Positions 26,670 through 42,936 of a stretch of DNA of 64,000 bases are shown piece after piece. Position numbers and translations under genes: made by a program. Origin of the DNA: Octopus vulgaris (lineage: Eukaryota). The number at the start of each line of letters is the position of its first letter. Within the stretch, counting starts at the first letter, position 1. The DNA lies in contig OX597814.1 of assembly GCA_951406725.2 (NCBI GenBank), forward strand, positions 189,410,001-189,474,000, given 5' to 3'. The notes beneath the pieces are model-generated. The model saw only the letters and a program-made list of their open reading frames with translations. It was not told the origin of the DNA and made no database searches.

Positions 26670-27392
26670 ATATTCTTTATCTCTTACTGGCTTCAATCAA
26701 TAGACGGTGGCCATGCTACGGCGCCGCCTTGAAGAAATGTTAGTCGAATGAATCGCCCTCGTACTTATTTTTTAAAGTCTGCTACTTGTTATATCGGTGT
26801 CTTTTGACGAACCGCTAAGTTACGGGAACGTAAATTCGCCAATAGCGGTTCTCAAGCAGCGCTGAGGGACAGGCACAAACACACACACACACACACACAC
26901 ACATGCACTCACTCACATACACATACACATATACATATATATCGATATATATATGAATAGATGTGTGTATTTTTCCCTTGTTAACAATTAACACGGAAAA
27001 AATAGATAAATAGTTACCAGGATAGCAAAAAATCACACAAGTAAAAAGGTTGTAATACCTTGTTTTTAAAGGTAGAAATTTCGGGTTTACGTGAAATTTT
27101 TTGTATAATATATATAAATAAATAAATGGAGTTAAACTCAGGTGTTATTCAAATTCTTTTACTTCCGATACAAGTTTCAGAGATGAGTTAATATCAAATA
27201 ACTCCATATGCTGTGACTATTTTGTTAGCAGGTTATATATATATATATATATATATATATACGACGGGATTATTTCAGTTTCCGTCTACCAAATCCACTC
27301 ACAAAGCCTTGGTCGGCGAGAGGCTGTAGTAGAATACACTTGCTCAAGGTGCCACGTAGTGGGACTGTACCTGGAATCGTGTGGTTAAGAGC
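26670..27392 (-). mobile_element. Diverged SINE family B split at its internal microsatellite by an unrelated insert of about 270 bp
   Basis: Tail half about 26670-26900, head half about 27260-27392. Confidence 0.65.
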
Positions 27393-27399
27393 AAGAAAC

Positions 27400-28300
27400 T
27401 GCATATAATTCTTTGTATCCCATTAATGTTTTGAATGGTCTTAGAAAGACTTTGAAGACTAGAATAGATACACGGTTGCCGATCCTAAACATTTTGAACA
27501 GTCAGTAGTTATTGGAAGAGCAGAACGTATGAAAGACAAAAGAAAACGGAGGCGAGCGAGGAGGGATGGCTTTGATTAGAGGTGGCATATAGCCTGCAAA
27601 CGCTGTGGATCAAATGCAACTGTAATTGTAGTACAAAGAGCAGAGAGATGAGACAGTAAGAATATGAAACAGGTGACCATTCTTCGCATGCAACCTAAAA
27701 TGTCTGCGTATGTAGCAACAAAACCATATGAGAGAGAGAGGTGTCTGCGTGACTATAGGCCAAAGACTAGAGTATGAATGGTGAAAGATCAGATGGGTAT
27801 TTCTTTTTCTATGTGGTCCAAGATGCCTGTATATGTAACATCGACATTGCAGGTAGGCTTCACCCGGGCTTTGTAGTGTTTATACTTGTTAGTGGAATGA
27901 AACATATTTTAGCCTTGAAGATACATATTCAGTCGTTGTAATATAATTTATCCTATACTGAACATGTGTATTTGTCCAGATAGTTCCTTAATGTGAAGCA
28001 TATCCTTTGAAATTATGGTGATGATTCTAGTTGCGTGTTCCTCATGTTTAAATGGCAGAGTAGGGCTTCCTTTCTTGATATTTGTAAAGGAGCTGTATCC
28101 CATTGTATGTCACATTGAACTTTGAAGAGGGTCAATAGCTGTTGAGATGGCAATAAAGTACTTTGTAGTCCTTAAAAGAAAGGACAGTCTATTTGCTATG
28201 CCGAGTATATGCGTTCTCCAGAAGAGACCTTTGAGAAAGACGAGGCCTATCCATTATAGCGAACTTAACATGGGCTGCTCATGTTTCATGGAATGTGTAA
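27400..28300 (-). pseudogene. Decayed CR1/L2/Jockey-group LINE 3' region
   Basis: Minus strand GLFWRTHILGIANRLSFLLRTTKYF resembles the post-RT motif L.W..HI..+....L.FL.R...YF; many stops and frameshifts. Confidence 0.5.
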
Positions 28301-28859
28301 TAATTGTCCTAATATGTTGCGTACATTCAATATAATAGAAAAAATACACAGAAATTTTACCCTGGATGTACCCCAGATATATAGATCTGCCTTTGGACGA
28401 AGAGTGAATTAAAAACAATTAAATAAAACAACACTGAAATTACGATGACCTTGCAAAACTAGTAGACGTCAGAGCTTCTATTTCTTACCAAATATAGGGC
28501 ATTCATGCTTTATTAGAAAGACACCAATATTTAATTGTAATGCGTTATTGATGTATCTGTCCTCGCTCTCTGTCTCTGTCTCGCTCCCAGTTTGTGCGAG
28601 TGTGTGTTTATATATGTATGTATATCTATATACATATACATACTTATGAGTGCGTGAGTATGTGTAATGAATACATTAGGATCCAGCTGTTGTAAGATAA
28701 ACATATGTGGAAAATAAAACTCAATCGGATTGAACAATTGGATTTTAAAGTAGTGTCATATTCAACTTGAAGACAGTGAAAATAACAATTAGTTTATGTT
28801 ATGTTATTAATTATAATAAATATAAAGGTGCTGAAACCGGCAAAATATGATATAATAAA

Positions 28860-28916
<57 letters not shown>

Positions 28917-28960
28917 CAGCAACAATAACAACAGCAATAATAATAATAATAATAATAATA

Positions 28961-29004
<44 letters not shown>

Positions 29005-29103
29005 CTTGATATGAGATCACCTTGTCGCACACACATGGTTGTGATGCATGTGCCTAATGTACTCTTATATTAATTCGCACATCCTTCATGATAATAGAAT
29101 TAA

Positions 29104-29142
<39 letters not shown>

Positions 29143-29206
29143 GGCAAGTAAATTGCTTAGCAGCATTTCGTTCGTTTTTACGTTCTGAGTTCAAATTATA
29201 TATATG

Positions 29207-29263
<57 letters not shown>

Positions 29264-29266
29264 GCA

Positions 29267-29328
<62 letters not shown>

Positions 29329-29399
29329 AGTGTGTGTGTATACAGGCGGTGCTCCTGTATGACTCCAGCCTCTGGCTGAAACCAGTATTAATATATCTA

Positions 29400-29470
<71 letters not shown>

Positions 29471-29959
29471 ATATATATATATATATATACTTATATATTC
29501 AGTGCTGTTGTATATTATACCAGTATAGAGCAAAAGTCAAAGAGTGGATCTTTGGCTAAGCTTGTAGCGTATTCATTGCAAATAACATTTTCTGGATTTT
29601 CTGCACGCAGAGTCCAGAATAAAACTACGTTCATCAAAAAGATTACGAAGAACTCATTGTGAAACGGAAACTGCCAATCGCTGACAAGATAATCGATTAT
29701 ACTATGTCATCGACCGTTGACAATTAGTGGATAATCAAAGGGTATTTGCATTGATAAATATTTGATGTTCTGACGTACTAATTCTATATATGGAATTAAT
29801 CATATAGGATTTTAAAATAGGTGGAAAACAGAGTTCAAAGGTTAGAAATATGAGGTATTTTACGGCTTAGACTTAATACAAGTGTTAATGTTGTAAGCTC
29901 AAATCAGTTCTGATCAAAACTCTTCACGCCAAATCGTTAGTCTACGATGACAAGAAGTG

Positions 29960-30451
<492 letters not shown>

Positions 30452-32324
30452 CCTTTATACTCCAAGCATAAAGCCTGAAGTTTTTGGTGGGTGAGGGTTT
30501 GTCGATTATATCGACTCCAGTGTTTCACTGGTGCTTAACTTATCGATACCGAGCATTTTGCCCGATGTAATCACGATTTTGCAAGCTCATCCCCTTTCTC
30601 TAGCCATTAATATTAAAATCCCTCCATTTTTTCTATCAGAGGGAACCCTTTCGAGGTAGTCCTTCAAGTTTCATGGCATTATCATTGAAAGTTATTTTTA
30701 CGTAACGAGAAAATAGGCATTGTTTCATTGACGAATATTGCTGGCACACTTTATTATCGGTAAGTTACTAGTATGGGTACTAAATTATGAGAATAAACAA
30801 AGAGTGAATTCCAAACTGTCAGACAACTGAATCCACTGTAAATGGTCAATAAATGCATGCTATTATTGAGTGTCCCTAGTGCGATGTCTTAATGGAAAGT
30901 TTGTACTTGTCCATAATTGGCCTGCTAACTGGCCAGGAGGTGTTCATGCTTACTAGGTGTATACCATTAGTATGGTCTGCTAAGGTATTTTGCATTTCCA
31001 TGTATTTCAGATGGACCTTTTCAAATCAAATTTTATAAGTGTTTTAAATACCTTACTAATTAATCAGCACCTATAATGCTCAAAAGAGTTTCAGGTGTTT
31101 AATACCAGGGAATAATACAGATCAATTTGTTGACCCCACCCCTGCTTCAGATTTTCATTTGTACCTATTAACATAAGTAAGTGGTCTGGGTTTATGTAGC
31201 AAGAGAATGCATAAAATTGAAGTAAATTGATTTGCATATTCCAAATGCAGTCGGCTAGTAATACTGCAAACATTTGTAAAGGATTCCCAAACATTTCCCC
31301 AACTGAGGATTTTGGAATGAGTACATACACACGATCATATGCACATGTGGAAAATGCACATACACAAACATACACACATATACTGTAATGAAACAGCAAC
31401 GCACATCCACTGCATAAGGGCAAATTTACCTGCACCCACTCCTATATGAATACTCTAACCACTTCACATGTTCGCAAATCCAAGAGCAAGCTTCACTTAA
31501 ACAAAACAGCCTTGTCACTTTGTTAGCAACCGGCTTAAATTCTGTAGAGATAAAAACTTAAATAAATATTAAGAAAAAAAAACATAAATATATACCTAAC
31601 AGATATCTAAGCAAACATACTCGTATGTATACGTGTAGCGTCGTATCTAGTAAGTCTTTCTCTGTGCGCACGTTGTCAGTTCCAAACTAAAAGCTGCACA
31701 GTTAGCATTTACGTAAGAAAAAATGCAAGCAAGCAAGCAAGCAAGCATCACAACGAATCATTGTAGAAATGTGTGAAGGACAGATGTAAAGATGTTAGGT
31801 TTGCGCGTGAGAATATGTTATTACTCTATATTGCAAATGCACAATTTATAAAAGTATAGATGCGCTTTTCTGTACACAGACACACACACACATGCAAATA
31901 CACACACGCACAAATACAAACACACACAAATACACACACACACACACACGTGTATAGAGACTGCATTTTGTAAGAAGCATTAAGGCAAACTTAAGCATCA
32001 AGAGATAGTGGTTATCCAACCAACGAAACAAGCTGAATGGAATCACTCGACCAATACGTATTGGTCTCCAGCATATCACACCTAAACGTTTAAATTAAAC
32101 GGGATAGTCTACATCTAAAAGGAAAGGGGAGAGAGAGTGATGGTCACGTATGGCTCACCAATGATCATATGTCTGATAAAATTTATGCATGCGCACAATA
32201 TAAGAACTGGCACGAAGCATACAAGTTCAAGTTTCTTTTCCTTTCCTTCTATTTTTCTTTTGCCTTCATGTTAATGCTTCACAGAAAATATTTGTATATG
32301 TAATATATATTGTTCTAATGTCTG

Positions 32325-32414
32325 TGCAGGAGTGGCTGTGTGGTAAGTAGCTTGCTTACCAACCACATAGTTCTACCATAGCCTCGGGCCGACCAAAGCC
32401 TTGTGAGTAGATTT

Positions 32415-32463
<49 letters not shown>

Positions 32464-32712
32464 GTGTGTGTATCTTCATATATATATGTATGTATGTGTG
32501 TGTATATGTTTGTGCGTCTGTGCTTGTCCTCCCAACATCGCTTGACAAACGATGCTGGTGTGTTTACGTTCCGGGTTCAGTCCCACTGCGTGGCACTTTA
32601 GGCAAGAGACTGATTTACGAAGAATAAGTCCTGGGGTCGATTTGATTTGACTGAAGGCGGTGCTCCAGCATGGCCACAGTCACATGACTGAAACAAGTAA
32701 AAGAGTAAAACA
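32325..32712 (+). mobile_element. SINE family B, internally rearranged
   Basis: The B-box segment is missing from the head and present at 32569-32606. Confidence 0.85.
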
Positions 32713-32767
32713 GTGAAAGAACTGAAGCCCGACGATTTCGCCCGTAGCCGGATACACCATGCGTATA

Positions 32768-32814
<47 letters not shown>

Positions 32815-33042
32815 GGAAGCACATACACAGAGGTAGACATAAACAAACGCATATGCACACATGCATACACATACACGCATATACACATATGCGCGCGCAC
32901 ACAACATACACTCACACGTATATGGAGTTTCTCCTGGCGATTGTTTCCAATACTTATAAGTAAGGATGAATACTTCGGAAGTAACATAAAGACAAGAGTT
33001 ATTTCAATTCACATTTCAAGACTGTGTGAATTATTATATAAG

Positions 33043-33695
33043 CGTGGACGCATAGCCCAGTGGTTAAGATGTTGCAATTCCAGACAGGGTAGCGCGTTGT
33101 GTTCTTGAGTAAATATGGAAGCACTCCGTCGGTTACGACGATGAGGGTTCCGGTTGATCCGAACCAACGGAACAGCCTGCTCGTGAAATTAACGTGTAAG
33201 TGGCTGAGCACTCCACAGACACGTGCACCCTTAACGTAGTTCTCGGGGACATTCAGCGTGACACAGAGAGTGACAAGGCCGGCCCCTTGAAATACAGGTA
33301 CAACAGAAACAGGAAGTAAGAGTGAGAGAAAGTTGTGGTGAAAGAGTACAGCAGGGATCACCACCATCCCCTGCCGGAGTCTCGTGGAGCTTTTTAGGTG
33401 TTTTCGCTCAATAAACACTCACAACGCCCGGTCTGGGAATCGAAACCGCGATCCTATGACCGCGAGTCCGCTGCCCTAACTACTTGGCCACTCTTGAGTA
33501 AAACACTTTGTCGCACTTTACTCTTCGATCACTTCGACATTTGACACGTAGTGCACCGTGCATCATACTCAGGCAACGTCGATTTAATGGAAGGAGTACA
33601 GCTCTCACATTTTTTGATCACTAGAAACAAATAATTTGTGCAGGTTGTTCAACGGAAGCCGAACACTCACGCGTCGTCTTGGGCGGGAGAGTCCT
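33043..33695 (+). mobile_element. Older tRNA-headed SINE (host), interrupted by a family D SINE
   Basis: TAGCCCAGTGGTTAAG A box; GTGTTCTTGAGTAAA|ACACTT box split by the insertion. Confidence 0.6.
33114..33491 (-). mobile_element. SINE family D (tRNA-derived), full length with 11-bp TSD
   Basis: TGGCCAAGTAGTTAGGGCAGCGGACTCGCGGTC...GGTTTCGATTCCC head; TSD TCTTGAGTAAA at 33103-33113 and 33492-33502. Confidence 0.88.
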
Positions 33696-33714
33696 TCATG
33701 TATAAATGTACATG

Positions 33715-33746
<32 letters not shown>

Positions 33747-33927
33747 TGTATGTATGTATGTATGTATGTACGTACGTATGTATGTATGTATGTATGTATG
33801 TATGTATGTATGTATGTATGTATGTATGTATGTATGTATGTGCTTTACATAAAATTGATACACACATACAGAGCACACACATACATACAAAAATATACAT
33901 ATATACATAGATATGTAAATATGTATA

Positions 33928-34028
33928 TGTGGCACCTTGGGCAAGTGTCTTCTACTATAGCCTCGGGCCGACCAAAGCCATGTGAGTCGATTTGGTAGAT
34001 GGAAACTGAAAGAAGCCCGTCGTATATA

Positions 34029-34102
<74 letters not shown>

Positions 34103-34295
34103 TGTGTTTGTCCCCCAACATCAATTGACAACCGATGCTGGTGTGCTTACGTCCTCGTACCTTAGCAGTTCGGCAAAAGTGAAATATAGAATAAGTACTA
34201 GGCTTACAAAGGATAAGTCCTGGGTTCGATTTTCTCGACTAAAGGCGGTGTCCCAGTATGGCCGCAGTCAAATGACGGAAACAAGTAAAAGAGTA
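33928..34295 (+). mobile_element. SINE family B, 5'-truncated
   Basis: Family match. Confidence 0.9.
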
Positions 34296-34486
34296 CATAT
34301 ATATATATATATATATATATAGTCAAATATGTATATATGCAAAACGTATAAGGATAGAAATCAACGGAGGCTTAATATGAGTGTTTGATATACATTGTAT
34401 AATGATTCTCGCTATGTAAATGCATATATTTATAATTAAGCAGCGGAATAAAAACTTTGTTTCATGTAACAGAGGTGGACAAAATT

Positions 34487-34528
<42 letters not shown>

Positions 34529-34895
34529 TATCTCGGCTCTCTTCCCCTTCTCTCTATCTATCTGCTTCTCTCTCTCTTTTCCCCACTCTCCGTATATATA
34601 TGATATATATATACATATATATATATAAATATATATATATACACGTACATACATGTATATATGTGCGTATGTTTGATTGTGTGTGTGAGTGTCTGTGTGA
34701 ATTTCATATTTTGAGTGCAGAGAGAGAACGAGTCGTCGGACGAAGCACACGGCTTAAGGAGTAAATTCAAATTTTTCCATGAATTTGATCCAACTCTCAG
34801 TAACCGTCCTGTAACAGTTGTTATTTTTAAGCATGCTTTAAAGAAAACAACATCAATATTAATGGTGACTACGCGTGTATATATATGTATATATA

Positions 34896-35060
34896 TACGA
34901 TGGACTTCTTTCAGTTTCCGTTTACCAAATCCACTCACAAGGCTTTGGTCGGCCCGAGGCTATAATAGAAGAAACTTGTCCAAGGTGCCACGCAGTGGGA
35001 CTGAACCCGGAACAATGTGGTTGGTAAGTAAGCTACTTACCACACAGCCATTCCACGCCT
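34896..35060 (-). mobile_element. SINE family B, head half
   Basis: Family match ending at the internal (TA)n. Confidence 0.88.
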
Positions 35061-35065
35061 ATGTA

Positions 35066-35689
<624 letters not shown>

Positions 35690-35813
35690 GGAACTGATAC
35701 AAACATTGATATAGATTTATTCATACATGTGTTTTTAGATACATACATGTCTAGCTACGTTTGCTTTAGTGATCTTCGGATTATGTATGCGTTAATGTGG
35801 TCACTCATCCTTA

Positions 35814-35925
<112 letters not shown>

Positions 35926-36409
35926 ATATAGGGAAAGAAATAGAGATAGATAAATGCATATATATATGTACATATTTATACGTACGTATGCATGTATGTG
36001 TCTATATGCGTGTGTATGTGTCTGGAGACATAATGCTTGCATACATATGCATGTGCACGTTCCTGTCTGATCATATGAGTAAATGTGCATCATGATATGA
36101 TGACGTGTGAACATGAATACGAAAAGCTAGAAAATATGCAATATGACATAATATTTCTTTATGAAATATGCGCAACTTGCTTAAACGTACATGTTTATTT
36201 TATGTTATTACTTCTTTGAATATGTAGTTTCTTTTTTTTTTTTTTTTGCTTTCCCCCAATGTACACGCTTCCAAGAAAGTGAAATTTTTCCAGAGATCAC
36301 AGAACTGCTTACCAAAAGTCATTCCAGCAAAATCTATACTACAGAAGATATGGATAATCTTTACAGATGAAATAGATTCTTACAAAATTATATTTGTACA
36401 CATATCATA

Positions 36410-36458
<49 letters not shown>

Positions 36459-36578
36459 TATTTATATATATATATTTTATATATATTTATATATATATAT
36501 ACATATACATATATATTTATTCATATATATATATTTATATATATTTATATATATATATACATATACATATATATTTAT

Positions 36579-36637
<59 letters not shown>

Positions 36638-36677
36638 ACATATATATAAATATATATATATATGTATATATATACAC

Positions 36678-36748
<71 letters not shown>

Positions 36749-36838
36749 TATATGTATATATATATATACATATATATTTTTTCATATATATATATATATA
36801 CACACACATATACATATACATATATATATGTATAAATA

Positions 36839-36920
<82 letters not shown>
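36410..36920. repeat. Long imperfect (TA)n/(TACATA)n tract
   Basis: Read directly from the sequence. Confidence 0.95.
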
Positions 36921-36925
<5 letters not shown>

Positions 36926-37278
36926 GTGTGTGATGTGTGCGTTGCATTTCTAATATGCAGTTATATGCTGCACAGTCAAAATTGCACACTCATCAAAGAC
37001 CAATGGAGTGAGTGGGTCACGCTTCAAAGGAAGCAAATATATGTTTAGTATGACAAGTGCAAGGTAAGCAGACGTAACATAAAATGCATGGAGGAAGAGA
37101 ACGGCTAATATACCTCGAAAACCTTAAATCTCAGCAAGGTGACTGACGGAAAAAAAATAGATGGCTGCGCAGGCGCACGTTCGTGTGTGTGTTTATATGT
37201 GTGTTTATATGTATTTATGTGTGTTTATATATGAGGGTTTGTGAGTGCATATGTATAAATGCATATATATGTATATTC

Positions 37279-37310
<32 letters not shown>

Positions 37311-37317
37311 CTCTCGC

Positions 37318-37349
<32 letters not shown>

Positions 37350-37443
37350 CATACATATTCTTGTATATATATATATGTATACATACATATAGATATACAG
37401 ATATATATATATACATATATATAGATATACATATGTATATATG

Positions 37444-37479
<36 letters not shown>

Positions 37480-37646
37480 TAATAATATAATATAAATATA
37501 AGAGAGTGTTCACTATATTGATCACTCTAGCACCAGTTAATCCAAGAGGTTTCAACCACGAAAAATACATGTTTCCCATGAAAGCCGGTACGACTGTTAG
37601 CTCACACGGACAGGGCAAATAAAAAATAACAAAAATACAGATTATT

Positions 37647-37722
37647 TTGGGACAATTGTTTCGCTATTAATGAATTAAATGTAATATTACTTACAGTAAT
37701 CCATTTGTAGCTCTTCAGCCAA
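37647..37722 (-). ncRNA. Type I hammerhead ribozyme motif (minimal, palindromic stem III)
   Basis: TTGG CTGAAGA GCTA-(41 nt)-TAGC GAAA CAATTG TC CCAA: full core, stem I TTGG/CCAA, stem II GCTA/TAGC, GUC cleavage triplet. Confidence 0.75.
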
Positions 37723-37876
37723 GACTATCTGGATGAAATCCACTCAATCACACGCCAGATTTTACCATAACGATAAATACGCGTGCGGTTCAATTGATTA
37801 CATCGGACGTTATAATTCAAATGCCCCAACCAACAGCGCGCCAAACTCTCACGGAAAACAAATACAGCATTTAGAA

Positions 37877-37909
<33 letters not shown>

Positions 37910-37956
37910 TATAGATATACATATGTATATACATACTTATATATAAATACATGCAT

Positions 37957-38014
<58 letters not shown>

Positions 38015-38233
38015 CTATAATTCACATGTACATATATATATGTATATGTGTGTCTATGGGTGTATGTGCGTGAGTTTGTGTGTTGTGTGTGTTTGTGTGT
38101 GTGTGTTTGTATATATATATATCGATATTTATTGTGAGAATTTATTAAAAAAACAAAAGACAAAGATGGGTGTGTAAACATCAAACGGATGAATTAGTTT
38201 AATACACACACACACACACACACACGCACACAC

Positions 38234-38267
<34 letters not shown>

Positions 38268-38335
38268 ACACAAGTGTATATCCCCCAGCATAAACGTAAG
38301 TATATATAATACACGTATAAAATTAGATAGATAGT

Positions 38336-38367
<32 letters not shown>

Positions 38368-38621
38368 GACAGAAAGGGAGAAAGAAACAGACAGATAGAT
38401 AGAGGACAGACAAACTGACAAAAAGGCTGGCTGCCTAACAGGCACACTGGCAGATAGGCAGATAGACAGATAGACATACACAGAATGAGATGGAGAACTG
38501 TTGAACAATTTAATATCCATGTACATACGAAATACGCGTAACTACATGTATGTAGGACGTGCATATATAGCTAGCAACATGTGTATGTATACCTACATTT
38601 CTATACACACACATATATACT

Positions 38622-38653
<32 letters not shown>

Positions 38654-38689
38654 CAGATATTAATATATTATTATATATCGGTATACATA

Positions 38690-38736
<47 letters not shown>

Positions 38737-38954
38737 ATAATATATATACATCCATTTATATATATAATGATATATGTATACAGATATATAATAATGCATA
38801 TATATAGTAATATATAAATATACCCATATACATATATATACTTATATATAAATTTATATACATATATATATATATAATTATATGTACACATACGTATACG
38901 TAAAATAATAAGCATATACACACACATATATATAAGCATATATATATATATATT

Positions 38955-39085
38955 TTTTTTTATTTTATCTAGTTTCAGCTCACGAGCTGTGGCCGTGCTG
39001 GGGCACCGCCATTTGGTGTTGCTACATGATTTTACTTCACGAATGCTTTTAGCAAAATGCCATTTGGTGCATGAGAGAGTTCGAT
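38955..39085 (-). mobile_element. Retroposon 3' end sharing the family B tail
   Basis: GGCGGTGCCCCAGCACGGCCACAGCTCGTGAGCTGAAACTAG with an A-rich tail; upstream sequence is unrelated to SINE B. Confidence 0.55.
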
Positions 39086-39419
39086 ATATTTATATATATA
39101 CACGTTCCTTCACACATATGTATTATCTACACATATTTATGATATATGCATGCAGTACAGACAATATATGCGTGAGACTGTGCGCGAGTGCGCATCAGAG
39201 TGTATCCCTGCGTGCACGTGTCTGACTATGCATGTGTCTGAGTATGCGTGTGTCTGTGCGATTGCACGTCTGTGCATGACTGTGTCTAGTGTCAGGAGAA
39301 CGTATTTCTGTGTAAGCGTGCGTGTAAAGTGTGCTTATATATATATATATAGTATGTATAAATACATATATATACATATACGCATATACATATATCTATA
39401 CATGTATGTATATACATAT

Positions 39420-39454
<35 letters not shown>

Positions 39455-39493
39455 AATGCATGTATGTATATATGTATACATGTATATATATGT

Positions 39494-39539
<46 letters not shown>

Positions 39540-39557
39540 GCATGTATGTATATATGT

Positions 39558-39597
<40 letters not shown>

Positions 39598-40073
39598 GTA
39601 TACACAAAGAGATGTGATAACTTTGTACATCTAGAATTACAATACGGTAGGAAAATGTCATACAATTCACTGTAAGAAAACAATAACAAAATGAAGCTTA
39701 CATGTAGGATAACATGTATGTACATAGAATTAATAAACATACAGCTAGACACATAGAACAATACATAAAATTATATGAATATATAGACATCTGTAAATAT
39801 ATACAAGTACGTGTATGAGATATACATGCATACGTCTCTATGCATGTATTCACGTAGTCTTAAGATATGACTTAATATTTGACACACTTTTAAACGCGCA
39901 CGCATATCCGCATGCATATTTGTTTGCGAGTGTATGTGTGGGCACGTGTGTGTATAGACACACATATATATATATATGTGTGTGTGTGTGTTTGTATATG
40001 TGTATACACATATATACATATCTATATACATATACTTTGTGTGCATGTGTGTGTAAATATATATACGTGTGAG

Positions 40074-40105
<32 letters not shown>

Positions 40106-40415
40106 TGAAAAAAGGGGGGTCGAATTAATTAATTATTAATAAATTCGACCAAGCAGTATTCGGTATGTAAAGACCATTTACGGTATATTTGAAGTATTAA
40201 TATATATATATATATATATACATACATATATATATTTTCTTCTTAAATCTGCTATGCTAAGCTATTTTGCATACTCTTTTATTTTATGTGTTGTCTTTTA
40301 TACAATTATAGTTTCATATAAATGCATATATATGTGCATATATTTATTTTGATGTGTACATGTTCGTGTGTGCATAACAAAAATTATATACAAATTGCAT
40401 ACATACATACATACA

Positions 40416-40451
<36 letters not shown>

Positions 40452-41670
40452 TTTATATATATATACACCTATATATACCATGCATATACGTCTAAAAAGA
40501 TATGCAAACATGTTTATGTATATCCATAATCCTACAGCTAGACATACAGTTTTGAAGTAACGAACTTATATTCACAAAAGTACACGGATATACGTCAATA
40601 TGTACGATGATACAAAGAGACAGACAAACAAAACCAGACAGGCAAATACAATTATCAAGAAACGTTTGTGTTCTTTATCTTATATTCTGATATTTTGGTA
40701 TATTGTTACGTTCATTTTTCATACATAGAGATATGCTAAATATTTCCAAGAATTTCCATCGAAGCATATCTGTATATACACGTACGCATATATGCTTACG
40801 TGCACACACATTCTAGTTCATATATTTGTATACATGCATACATACATATAGATATTGTTATGTAGATATATATATATATATATATAGATAGATAGATGCA
40901 ATGGAGAATGACATATATATATATACGCTGTTGTACATATAAATATATATATATAAACGTGTGTGCTTATTGATGTATGTATATATGTATATATATATAT
41001 ATATATATATACATATACATACATATTCTTGTATATATATATATGTATACATACATATAGATATACAGATATATATACATATATATACATATATATATAC
41101 ATATATATATATGTATATACGTACATATTATTTAAATGTATATACGTACATATACGTATACCTATACATTTATGCAGATATACGCACATATATATATATA
41201 CATATATATATATATGCGTATATACGTATATATTTATACATATATACGTACATATATATATATATATACAGATATATATACGCATATAAGTAGATATATA
41301 TATATATACGTTTATATACATATACATATATATATATATATATACAGATATATATACGCATATAAGTAGATATATATATATATACGTTTATATACATATA
41401 CATATATATATATATATAAGTTTATATACATATACATATATATGTATATACATATAGACATATATTCATACACAGACATCCACAAACACATATATACAAA
41501 TACATACATAGATACATACATACATGCATACATACATACATGCATACATACATACATACATACATACATACATACATACATACATACATACATACGTATA
41601 TATATATATATATATACAGGGAGAGAGACAGAGAGAGACACATAAAGAAAGAAGCGTAAGACAGATAGAC

Positions 41671-41755
<85 letters not shown>

Positions 41756-42105
41756 GATATGTATATACATATACATACATATAATTACATATATATATAT
41801 AGATATAAATATACATTGAGATATATATGTGTGCATGTTTGTATGTATTTGTGTATATACAGCTCAGACTGACATACTGTCATAAGTATATAATCCTAGA
41901 TATCACGGTTTATGTCAGCCTGAACTCAGACATAAATGTCTGTCTGAAAGCGAAGAAGAAAGAAAGATACACCAAAATGTAACAGAAATAAGTGTAAAAC
42001 AGAAAAGTCGAAAAGGCATGTTATGACAGAGTATTTGTAAACCGAGTACATAACGTGTAAATATGAATAACACAGCAATATGATATCATGTGTGTGTATG
42101 TATGA

Positions 42106-42147
<42 letters not shown>

Positions 42148-42339
42148 GCGTGTATGTGTTTGTTTGTGTGAATGTATGTATGTATGCATATATTTATATA
42201 TGTATATATATACATACATACATATACATATACATAGGCATGTATTATCTAAACAGGTATATATTTACCTATACTGATATATGTATATATGTGTGTGTAT
42301 ATATATATATGTGTGTGTGTGTGTATGTATATATATATA

Positions 42340-42520
42340 ATAATTTTTTGCGTAATAAGATGAAAAACCAAGGCTGTATAGATATACACACGCTGACATA
42401 GAACCAACGTTGGACCCTTTTTTTTTGCAATATTAGCGAATCTGGAACTTAACTAAGGTCTGTCTATAGCACTTATTCAGCGTTACCTGACACCTTTGGG
42501 TCTCAATGACTCCATTAGCT

Positions 42521-42524
<4 letters not shown>
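42340..42524 (-). mobile_element. Short TA-flanked element sharing both ends with 56746-57190
   Basis: Matches to 56746-56830 and 57141-57188. Confidence 0.75.
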
Positions 42525-42564
<40 letters not shown>

Positions 42565-42936
42565 TATATATATATATATATTTGTATATATGTATGTATG
42601 CAAATATGTGCAACCATATATATATATTTATAGCATGTATGTTTACATATATGCATGTATGTATGTATTCGTATAAGAAGGGGAAGAAAGAGAGGGGTTG
42701 CGTGTGATATATGACCTCTGCACGAAGCTCTTGGTCGGTCCTTGAATCCGTTTGCAATATCTGATTTAACATGATTTGGTTTTGTACAATACATTATTGC
42801 TCTAGAAAACCCATCTTCTTCAAATGGGAATTGTACATACATACATACATACATACATACATACATACATACATACATACATACATACATACATACATAC
42901 ATACATGCATACATGCATACATACATACATACATAT

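Noticed and set aside
36961-37069. AG...AAG|GTAAGC bounded candidate exon
   Set aside because: One frame is open but unrecognisable; splice-like motifs are common by chance
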